From: Octopus sinensis
Lineage: Eukaryota
DNA length: 64,000 bases
NCBI RefSeq assembly: GCF_006345805.1
Contig: NC_043012.1
Location: 36,642,001-36,706,000, forward strand
Direction: 5' to 3'
The stretch's first letter is position 1; the number at the start of each line of letters is the position of its first letter. The translations under genes were made by a program, and so were the position numbers. The notes under the pieces were generated by a model, which worked only from the letters and a program-made list of their open reading frames with translations, made no database searches and was not told where the DNA came from. Below are positions 52,929-64,000 of the stretch, piece after piece.

Positions 52929-54104
52929 ATGGCCGACCCTCCGTTCGTTGGAGACCTCAATACATCTGCTGTAGATGGTGGTTTGTACCTCACAACAGCG
53001 TTGAACAACGAAGAATTTGAAGGTTTATTAACGAAAGACTCAAAGTCCAGTCAACAGGCTGAGAAATACGCGGTGTTGAAATTCCGTCACTATCTGACCA
53101 AGCGAGGTGAACCATTGTCTTTGGAGAATTTGTCCTACCATGTGACCAGCGGTGACATGCCTGCCAAGGAGCGACTGCTTACCTACCTGACCACCTTCTT
53201 TAACGATCTCAGACGGACTGATGGCAGCAAATATAAATTCAATGCCCTCAGAAGTATTCGTTACGCCTTAAATCGCTTTACTTTGAAGTTTGGAGTTGAT
53301 TTTCTCAACGATGCTTATTTGAAAAAACCATTAAATGATGCATGGGTAGCGTTAGGCGAATGCCTGAAGCTGGAAGGGAAAGCCGATGTCCAGCATCACG
53401 ATATTCTATCGTTGGAAGAAGTTAAGAAAGCATATGCCTGGTGTAATCAAAATCTTTCTGATCCTGATCGACTCCAAAAGAGAGTTTTTATGGATATTTA
53501 CCTCTACTTTGGACGCCAGTGCCGACAGAATTTACCACACCTGACCAAAGATAATTTCGGCATGGACGTCGATGCCAACAACCAGCGTTATGTTTACTTT
53601 ATCGACAAAACCGGCGACACAACCCGTAAAAGCAACACCCAGTTAGTGATGAAAGAACGCGTGGGATTTGCTAATTGTCCCGTAAAGATGTTCCTGAAAT
53701 ATGTTTCCAAATTAGACCCTCATTACCCGCGATTCTTCTGTCATCAAAAGCTAAACGTTGACCCGCTCTACCACACGGTTTGGTATACAAAACAGCCGAT
53801 GGGCGAGAAGAGAATGGCCGAGTTTATGAAATCCATTTCGAACGACGCCGGTTTGTCTAAAGTTTACACAAACCATTGTTTGCGTTCCACGCTGCTGTAT
53901 CTAATGGAAGAAGGTGGGTTGGATGCTAAGGATGTCAGTCGAATAACTTGTAGTCAATCATCTCACGAAGTATCCATACCCGAGGTCCCTTCACCAGCAC
54001 AACGTCCCTTACAAACACCACACGCCGCCGCCGCCACTACAAACACGTGGCCCTCCTCACATTCTGGCACCTCACTTCACTCTCGGAATAAAAAATCATC
54101 TCAG
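52929..54104 (+). CDS. Crypton-derived DUF3504 tyrosine-recombinase-like first coding exon V5 (392 aa), ends at phase-0 donor
   Basis: DGSKYKFNALRSIRYALNRF...DPDRLQKRVFMDIYLYFGRQCRQNL...NCPVKMFLKYVSKL...PMGEKRMAEFMKSISNDAGLSKVYTNHCLRST. ATG context caaaATGg; in-frame TAG at 52902-52904. Consensus donor CAG|GTAAGT at 54105. Confidence 0.85.
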
Positions 54105-56980
54105 GTAAGTTATATTCTACACACATTCACCTTCGTCCTCGTTAAACCACCCACCTCGAGCATATCTCTCTCTCTCTCTCTGTACCCAGCAGCCTCAATG
54201 TATCCACCCCTATTTATATCCTCATTTTGTAAATAAAGGAAGGTAACTCTAACATTAATCTGAGAAGTTGAACAAATTCTGGTAAATTATTTCCACCCTT
54301 TGTGTTGTTTAGCGAGGTCCTTGAGGTACCCTGATGTGTCTATTATAGTTGTTGCTTGGCTCCAGGTTAGCTCTATCCCTAAAGGGATTCCGACCATAAC
54401 CGTCTCGTCTTATTTTTGTGCGACGGTAAATGTGATTTGAAGGAAATTTGGCTGCTATTTCTAGCAGGTCGTGCGCCTCCGTCGACTCGTCTAGTGTGGC
54501 TATCTTGGTATGCTAGCTGCTATGGTACCCTGACGTGCCTGATTCTACCCTAATGTGTTATTCCGTGATAACCAAATGTATCTATGGAACCATAATACCT
54601 GTCTTACCCTGATGCATCTGCTATGGTACCCTAAAATTTCTTGGGATACCATCACTGTGACACCTCGATGTACTCGCTGTGGTACTCTGCTTGTATATCA
54701 TGATACCCTAATGGTACTCGGTTGTATTAACAATGGTACCCCGATCTTCTGTTTACTATAATACTCTGATGTTTTTAAATATTCTATTTTCTGTTAGAGT
54801 TTTTCTCTTACGTATCTGTTTACTGAAGTTCTACGGTGGTTTCTGTGCTACAATTTGTAGTCCTACCTCTAAGCTGTCATACCCTCATATGCTATAGGGG
54901 TACCTGGCTAATTGTAACGCATTTTCACAGGTCCATTTTCACCCTTATGTGCCTGTGACATTCATAGATTGTTGTAATACTTCTGTATTCCGTTGGTGCT
55001 TATTGTCTGTTGTGTGATAGCTATACATACCCCATAATAATACCCGTATACTAACTATAGCTGTCTTCAACTATACATATGAGCTGCAGCGCTATACTAT
55101 CAGGGAAGCTGTGCTGTGGTCAGTCGATCACACACACACACACAGTCACAATCGATCCATTTTGCTTCTTCACAGTTGAGAGGGAACAGCTGGGTTTTTA
55201 GTTCTCCTTCACAACCACCCAACCAATATACCCCTTCCTTAGTGACTCTTGTAGTACTCGTACTTATTTTCCTGTACTTTCAAAGGCTTTACACACACAC
55301 ACACACCCTACGTTTACTAATTTCTTCTTAGCCGTTTGAAATTGAAAGGGGTAACTGATCAAAGTTTGGGGGCAGAAAGCAAGTCCTTGAAGGGCATTTG
55401 TGGATTATGATAAAAGCAGGGTTTCTTGATAGCTTTTGAAAATAAACTATTATTATTATTATTATTTTGGTTTGACTCAGATTTGGTCTTATTTCTGGTA
55501 GGACTCATGTGGGTAGCGGGTTACTACCTGTAACCTTAGGTATCCACACGTTTACGGCAGTCTTCCAGGTGCTTAGAACCCTCCTGATAACCCTTGCTGT
55601 CCGTCAGAGGCAAACATTCCGTAGGAGCTCCAATCTGGGCATTCTATTTCAATCTCCTTCAGCCATTTGTCTATATCTTGGCTTATTATTATTATTATTA
55701 TTATGATTATTATTATGATTATTATTATTTTATTATTATTATTATTATTCAGGGTCGATAAAATAAAGTACCAGTTTAATACTGTGATCCATGCAATTGA
55801 TGTGCCCCTCCCCTCAGAATTGTTGGCCTTGTGCCAAAATTAGAAAGAATTATTATTATTATTATTGTGATTTGGGTGTGTTGTTAGTGTCTGGCAAAAC
55901 ACTTAGTGGAGATCAACTTTGCCTATCGTTCCTTTGAGGTTGATGAAATAAAGTACCAGTTGAACACTGGGGTCAGTGTAATCGATCAGCCCCTTCCCCT
56001 CATTTCAGGCCTTGTGCCTATAGCAGGGGCCCCCAAACTGTTTAGACCATCAGCTCCTTCATGGAATCCTTTGATTAGGTATGTACAAGAAAATAAATAA
56101 ATAAATAATAAAGTAGATATGCAGTTTCAGGCATTTATCAACCCCTTGAGTAGACCCATCAACCCCCAGGGGTCGATATTGACCACCTTAGAAACCCCTG
56201 GCCTATAGTAAAAAGTAGTTTTTTTTTGTTCTTTTTGAAAAGGCGATGATCTGGTGGTTACGGTGCCAAACAATCTGCCTAACACCATTTCTTCCAGCTT
56301 TTACTTTCTGAATTCAAATTCTGCCGAGGTCGACTTAGCCTTCCATCCTTTTGGGGTTGATCAAATAAGTACCAGTTGAACACTGGGGTCAGTGTAATTG
56401 ACTAGCTCCCTCCCCACTGATTTTAGGCTATATGCTTAAAATAGAAAGGATTATTATTTTCGTGGTTTGGGCGAAACGTTAGAGCGTCTGACGAAATGCC
56501 TGGCAATGTTTGTTCTGGTTTAGTACATTGTGAGTTCAAATGCCACTGAGGTCAATTTTGTTTTTTATATTTTCAGGGTCAAAAAATATACATCCCAGTC
56601 AGTTACTGGGGATTGCTATGGTTGACTGTCTCCCGTCACCATCAATTTCCGACTTTGTGCCTATGTAATTTTTATTACTTATTTTTACGTATTTATATAT
56701 TTTTTTAAAACACACACACACACTTCGATCTAAAGCCTTGTCTGTCCTTGCAACCCATCTTAGTAATGTCGCTCATTAGTTACCCTTGTGGCAAAATAAA
56801 GAACCTTATTATTGGTGAGCTGGCAGAATCATTAGCACGTTAGGCAACATGCTTAGTGGTATTTCATCCATCCTTATATTCTGAGTTCAAATTCTGCCGA
56901 GGTTGACTTTGCTTTTTATCCTTTTGAGGTTGATAAAATAAGTACCAGTTGAACTCTGGGGTCGATGTAATCCATTTACC

Positions 56981-57388
56981 GGATCTTTTCGGTTTGAACG
57001 GCAGTTTTTAAAAATAATTTCCATGTAACTAAACACTTTCAAACTATATTGGTAGAATGTGTTTATAAAACGTCTTTTTCTCTTGGCTTTATTGAGAAAA
57101 TTCTATAGTTTGTAAGATATTTGTTGTTTTTTTTCTCTTCAATTTCTGCAATTTCAACCAATCAATGACATCTATTGAGGTAAAAAACATTCTGTGCCAT
57201 ATGAATATGTCCCTCGTTTAAGAAACAGATTGAGTTTATTTACATTTGTGAAGAAAAAAATACCCTTCCCCCTACCCCTAACCCTAAAATAGATTGAAAT
57301 GCAATAGATCGATACTAGGGTCATAATTATGGGTGACAATTTTATATGACATCGCTAGAAAAAACTGCCGTTCAAACCGAAAAGATCC
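56981..57388. mobile_element. MITE with about 29-bp TIRs and perfect 8-bp TSD, nested in a family-2 SINE
   Basis: ggatcttttcggtttgaacggcagttttt ... aaaaactgccgttcaaaccgaaaagatcc; TSD catttacc on both sides. Confidence 0.85.
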
Positions 57389-60300
57389 CATTTACCCACT
57401 CCACCGAAATTGCTGGCCTTGTGCCAGAATTTGAGACCATTATTGTTATTGTTGTCGACTTTGTCCTTCGTCCTTTCAGGGTTGATAAATTAAGTACCAG
57501 ATGAGTATTGGGGGTCGATGTAATTGACTATCCCCTCCCCCAAATTTCAGGTCTTGTGCCTAGAGTAGAAAGGATTATTATTACTTTTGGTTTTCCATTC
57601 TCTTGGGGTTGCTGGAGTAAGTACCAGTTAAACACTGGGGCTCTGTAATTGACTAGCCATCTGCCTTCAAAATTTCAAGCCATGTGTCAGTCAGTAGAAA
57701 AGGATTATTATTATTGGCAGAGAGTTTATTAGAAGGTTGGAAAAAATAAAAAGCTTTGATGCGATGAGATTTTTATGAGTTCAAATTCCTTGGTGTTCTA
57801 TAAAATAAAGTATCAATCAAGCACTGGAGCCGATGGTATTGACTAACCCTTCTCTCCTCAGAAGTACTGGCCTTGAGCCCAAATTAAAACCATTTTTTTT
57901 TCTGCAATAGCTTTATTGCAGATCCTACAACATCACCAATTACTCCATCTCCCTGGGGTAGGACAAAAAATATTATCTTTTGGGAAGGAAATGAATCCAT
58001 GTTTGTGTGTTAAGTCAGTTTTATTTTGTTGTCTCTGCTGTTATTTTAGGGCTTCGTGTTTTACTTGTGCAGAATATGTGTTGTGCAGGTGTGTGTGTTG
58101 TGAGATGTTTTATGCCTGTTTGATTTCAATTTTAGTCTGCTGGGCTTCCATAGCAGTTCGATGTATATATCATCATCATCATCATCATTTAACGTCTCTT
58201 TTCCATGCTGTCATGGGTTGAAATGTTTTATGTATTGTAGAAATATAAGCAATTTATTACAGATAAATTTTAGCAAAATCTTACGTGGGTCCCCTATTGA
58301 GAAGCACTGGGTTAGGATGTGTGTTGTGTTAGAATGTTCTCTGGTGATTCTGTTGCCTTTTGAGTTGTGTTCGAATGTTGTCTGTGTGTTGTGTTATAAT
58401 GAGCGTAGAGTATATACAATGTCAGTTGTGCTATTTGGTTTCATGTTGATTGGGTAGAGCAGGGTTGGGGGTCAGCAAAATGATGAATATTGTCCCCTGG
58501 GGAGGTCTCTGTGGCCATCCAAAGGCTCGATAAACACCTGAAACAACTTTTAGCATTAAGGGCACTGACTCATTTAGCAAACTGAATCTGCAAGAATACA
58601 AGAATTTGTGGCTAAAACTTAGTCATTTCCTATCAAATAGCAACATAATTACTAACATTTGCCAAACATGGTTTCACATTAAATATTATTCTGATCACAT
58701 CAATATAAAACGACTGAATTTTCATTGTTCTTTATCAATTTTGTCCAATATTTTCATTAAACTTCGTTTAGATATACCTTATTAAAAAGTGGTAATGATT
58801 CAAAACAATGAAAGAATTATTGTTTTTTTTTTTAAAATTTTTAATCAAGATGTGTTTTTATCATCTCGTGCTTATTTCAGTCATTAGACTGTGGTCATGT
58901 TGGAGCACCGCCTTGAAAAACTTTTAGTCGAATGAATTAACCCCAGCACTTATTTTTTAAAAGCCTGGTACTTGTTTAATCGTTTGCCATCCTGCTAAAT
59001 CATGGGGATGCAAACATGCCAACACCAGTTGTTAAGTAGTGATGCGGGGCAAACACAGACACTAAGATACAAACAATTACATCCATCCATCTTGTTGCTA
59101 TTATGCAAAAGTGTCGTAAGTCCAAAATGTTGGTTTTTCAGGTAACGAAACAATAGCCTCACCATTCCATAGTAAAACTGTTGTACTACACTTTGACACT
59201 TTTTGATATTTTGGCATCTGAAGCAGCTGGAAATACGATAGTTTGACCAAAAGAACCAGCAAAAATAAATATTGAAAAAAACGCATTTGGCCAAATTTTG
59301 GACATACGACAGTTTAACATATTTAGCAACGATACACGCACACACTCATCTATATGATAGGTTTCTTTCTGTTGACCAAATCCACTCATAAGGCTTTGTT
59401 TGGCCTGAGGCTATAGTCGAAAGATACTTGCTCAAGATGCCATGCAGTGGGACTGAACCTGGAACCATTTGGTTGGAAAGCAAGCTTCTTACTACAGAGC
59501 CACACTAATGACTCAAAACAACAATGGAACTTATTAATATTTTCATTAATTACATTTTTTTAATTTAATTTTAGAAATTTACTTGTTGAAGGTTGATAAA
59601 TTAGCAACAATTCCATCAAGGGAGTTGATGCTGTATGAAATGTGTTGAGCCATGGCATTGAGCGTTATGTTATAGAATTTGCTGTAATTCCACCCACTTC
59701 TTGGAAGCTTTATGGGAATATCATTGCAACCTCCATAGTTAACTGGTACTTTTTATGTAATCAACTCTGAAACCCAGAAAGAGTGAAAGATTCAAGTTGA
59801 TATCAGTAGGATTTGAACTCTAAACATTAAAGGCTGTAACTAAATAATGTTTCCAATTTAGGTGCAAAGCCAGTAATTTTTGAGGGGAGGGGTAAGTCAG
59901 CGTCATCTGACCGGTACTTGGCACTTTATTTTAGTGACTTCCCCATCCCAAAGCCAGAAGGGTGAAAAAAAAAAAATGTCAAAGTCAACCTCGACAGTAT
60001 TTGAACTCAGAACGTAGAGCTGCAACAAGCATTTCATCTGATGCTTTACTGATTCTACTACTCCACTGTTGCCGGGTGTCAAGTTGTCATTGTGAGGAGA
60101 GAGAGAGAGAGGGTCTATGCTGTGGATTGTGTTTTATTGTAGGGTGGTATTTGTGTAGAATATGGGTTATGCGAGTTATAGATGACGAGGGTGGTGGTGA
60201 TGGTGATAGACATGTTAGAGTATTGGGTGTTGCTTGGTGGTGATTGGGTAGACTTTGTGCTGTGTGTTGTATTATTGGGTGGTACTTCTGTAGATTATAT

Positions 60301-61899
60301 GTGTTATGTGACTGGTGTCATAGTGGAGTGGTGGGTGGGAACTGCGTAGGGTATGTGCTGTTGAATTATTATGATGATTGGTGATGAGCTGGCAGAATTG
60401 TTAGCAGGCTGGGCGAAATGCTTAGCGGTATTTTGTCTGTCTTCACATTCTGAGTACAAATGCTGTCGGGGTTGATGAAATAAGTACCAGTTACGCACTG
60501 GGGTTGATATAATCGACAATCCTCCTCCCCTAAATTCCAGGCCTTGTGCTTATAGTAGAAAGGATTATTATTTTTATGATTGGCGGCGAGCTGGCAGAAA
60601 CGTTAGCGTGCCAGGTGAAATGCTTAGCGGTATTTTACCTGTTGCTATGTTCTGAGTTCAAATTCCGCCAAGGTCGACTTTGCCTTTCATCCTTTCAGGG
60701 GTTGATAAATTAAGTACCAGTTAAACACTGGGGTCAATGTAATCGACTAGCCCCCTTCCCCTAAAAATTTTCAAGGCCTTGAGCTTAGAGTAGAAATAAT
60801 TATTATTATGATTTAATAAAGTGGCAAGCTGGCAGAATTGTTAGCAGGCTGGGCAAAATGCTTGTGGCATTTCATGTGATTATGTTCTGAGTTCAGATTC
60901 TGCTGAGGTCAACTTTGCTTTCTTCCTTTCAGATAAAATAAGTAGCTGGGGGTTGACGTTATCAACTTAACCCTTTTCTGAAAATTGCTGGCTCTGTTCC
61001 AAAATTTGAAACCATTAGGGCAGTGTACTGGCAGAATCATTAGCCTGCCACACAAAATGCCATTAACCATTCTGAGTTCAGATTCTGCTGAGGTTGATCT
61101 TTTGGGGTCAAAGTGATTAACTTACCATATTTTAACGTGTATAAGGAATACCCTAATTTTTGGGGCTTAAAATTTGGTAGAAAGGTTTTGTAAGGGATTA
61201 TGATACTATCCATGTGTAAAAAAAATCTCCGTATTTTTTTAACCTACTTTTTGGCAAAAAAGGGTTCCTTATACACCTTAAAAGGTGGACCTCTTGTCTG
61301 AAAGCTGATGATCTTGAAACTATTAGGGCAGTGTACTGACAGCATCGTTAGCGTGCCATACAAAATGCCGTTAAGCATTGCGTCCAGTTTTACATTCTGA
61401 GTTCAGATTTCACTGAGGTTGACTTCGTCTATCATCCCTTTCAGGGTCGATAAAATAAGCACCACTTGTGCGCTGGGGTCGATATAATTGCCTAGGCAGC
61501 CCTCCCCCAAATTTCAGGCCTTGTGCCTATTATAGAAGGGATTATTATGAAATGCTCTGGATTAGTACGGAGGCTGAGATAAAATGTTTTACAAAATATA
61601 TTTTTGTCTTTCTGCCTTGGTTAAGAAGTTCATTTCCCAACCACATGGTTCTGGGTTCAACCCACTGTGTGTGGCAGCTTGGGCCCAGACCTATCTTAGC
61701 AACATTGAAGGCGCCCCCGCTCCCAGGTAAATTCAATACATTGGGTCCTCATTGTAAATATTCATTGACACCACAGCATATACATGATCAGAACTGGGAC
61801 CCAGGCTTCTGAAGCCCCTGAGCAAATTCTCAGTGTATGCATGCCTTAAGACAGCATTGCTTGAGCAAGTGTCTTCTTTTCTAATCCCAAACCAACCAA

Positions 61900-62600
61900 A
61901 GAATGGTAGAGGGAAACTGTAGAAGAGAAGTGGTAGTAGAAGTGTAGAATGAATGATTCTGGGAAGTCGTTTGAGGTGGGGTGGCCATCTGGTAAGAATG
62001 AATGATGAAAGACTTTTCAAGCAACTTTTGTATGGTGAGCTGGAAGATAGGAGACCAGCACATGAACCCAAAATGAGGGTTCAAGGACTGCCTCAGAATT
62101 GCTCTGATGCAGACAGGTATTTCAGGTGTTGATTGGGAGGCACAAGACTGAGATGGGTGGAGGAAGAGAGTGCCCAGTGGTTGCTCGAGATTTGAGAGGG
62201 GGGGGGTGAAGCAGGAGAAGATTAGGAGAAGGTTTAGAAGGAATGAACCTGTGGAGAATGAGGGAGTGTTGCTTTTTGTGTGTGTGTAGTTTGTTGGAAG
62301 AGGGGTTGAGTCGTGTGGGTCTGGTTAGCCTTCAGAGGACTCACAGGAATCGCCCCATGGTAAATTGTGATGTGGCTTTTGTTCACAACAAAACATGTGG
62401 AAAGGGGTGCCTCTCAGTTGGAGGATAGAAAAGGCATGTCAGAAGAGTTCATACTGTGGCCCCTGGTCCTTCTGCTAGTCTGCACAGCTGTGCATTATGC
62501 AATAGAATGTGCAAATCTTTGGCCAGGCTCAAGAGTCATACAAGGGCCTCACATTGCATCAACGTTGACTCATTTCAGCGATTCTTTCTAGCAATGGCTT
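61900..62600 (+). mobile_element. Degenerate RTE LINE 3' portion
   Basis: RLRWGGHLVRMNDERLFKQLLYGELE...; terminal C2H2-like CALCNRMCKSLARLKSHTRASH. Confidence 0.7.
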
Positions 62601-62621
62601 TGCTCGTATACAACAAAGCAG

Positions 62622-62684
<63 letters not shown>

Positions 62685-64000
62685 TATCTATCTATATGTA
62701 TGTATATGTGCTGGCGTCATGTAAAAAGCACCTAGTACACTCCGTAAAGTAGTTGGCTGTTGGAGGGGCATCCAGCCATAGCAACCATGCCAAAGCGGAC
62801 AGTTGGAGCCTTGTGCAGTCTTCCAGCTATGTCAGATTTTGTCAAACTGTCCAATCCATGCAGCATGGAAAACGGACATTAAATGATGATGATGATGTGT
62901 GTGTGTGTGTGTGTGTGTGTGTCTCCTTGTTTTGACATCATGTGATGGTTGTAAACGAGCCTCTCTGTTCTGCAAGTGGTGTCCTTTGTTTCCAGTCCAG
63001 AGTGAAAAAACCTGTCTGACCATGGAGGAAATATTACCTTGCTTGGAACAGAAAGTTTGCCTCAAGCAATTCTATTCAGCCATGTAAGCATGGAACAGTA
63101 ATCGGTAAAACAACTCTGATGATGATGGTGGTGGTGGTGGTGGCAGCAGTGGCTTTTCAAGTTCAAGCCCATCTTTACTTTTTTTGTCTCATGGAAGTTG
63201 ATAGATGTATTTAACCAGTGGTATAGTGGAGTGGGTCAGCTCTGTTGATTTTTTTTTTTATCCAACTCAGCTGTGGTATTGTGTCTCAATAAAACACCAT
63301 TACTATTGTTGTTGTTGTTAGTATAGTGATGGTGGTGGTGGTGGAACTCTGCTGTGTGTGAAAAATATTGAACCAGTTTTCGATCAGATAACAATAAATA
63401 ATAATAGAGCAACATATTCCAATTGTCACGGCACACCCCAGAAGCTATTAATAGGTCAATGAACTGAGATATTTGTTGTTAGTTCTCGCGTGTACCACCA
63501 CCACCACCACCACCACCACCACCATAGTACTTGGTTGTCAGGAGGGTGGACTGGTCTTCATATGTTTTCATACATTCAATCTTGTCTGTTTTCTGTCAAG
63601 TAAACTCAGCAAACAACAGCCACCAGTGATAGCTTAGAAGGACTTGTAAAGGGGTGGAGGGGGTGGTTGCAAAGAAGTAAGACTTGCGAGGGTGGTAGTT
63701 GGAGGTAAAGAGCTGTGAGGTGGTAGAGCACCACACTCCATGCTTTACGTGGTTTGTTTGAGCTTTCTACATTTGCCTCAGTTGATTTAACCTTAAAATA
63801 CCATAACTTAGTTGTTGTTCAGTCCCAGGTCATTCCTGCCAGAGCAGACTTGTGATTAAAGACATGCCAGCCGTGACCATCCCTGTCTTTTCCTGTGTGC
63901 AGGGAAGCCAGAACCACATTATCCAATGTATATTCTTTCCTAAGATGGCAAGGTGTGATTTGATGGACTTTGGCTGCTTTTTCTAGCAGACTGAACAACC

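Overview
AT-rich, microsatellite- and repeat-dense animal genomic DNA. The SINE/LINE families look like those I recall from Octopus (inference, not a database result). Most of the window is interspersed repeats: three abundant SINE-like families, RTE and CR1 LINE fragments, Helitron, hAT, Tc1/mariner and Tigger derivatives, and local tandem duplications. The great majority of ORF-track entries are spurious repeat ORFs. The main non-repeat signal is a set of five + strand coding exons spread over about 45 kb. Three encode FLYWCH zinc fingers resembling Mutator-transposase N-termini (9525-9815, 13086-13394, 17367-17729). Two encode Crypton-derived DUF3504 tyrosine-recombinase-like domains that have lost the catalytic His/Tyr (32764-33981, 52929-54104). 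Each has an ATG and ends at a GT donor in phase 0; four have an in-frame stop shortly upstream of the ATG. Two mutually similar phase-0/phase-0 internal exons lie at 21789-21887 and 22564-22680. A Tigger-derived CENP-B-type HTH ORF also has a possible phase-0 donor. My best inference is a cluster of alternative, transposon-derived DNA-binding first exons spliced to shared downstream exons (protocadherin-like, or an inverted mod(mdg4)-like design). The constant region is not identifiable in this window, and independent small genes remain an alternative. A second notable item is a tRNA-headed SINE with a 12-bp TSD, carrying Penelope-type minimal hammerhead motifs in inverted arrangement (20415-20818).
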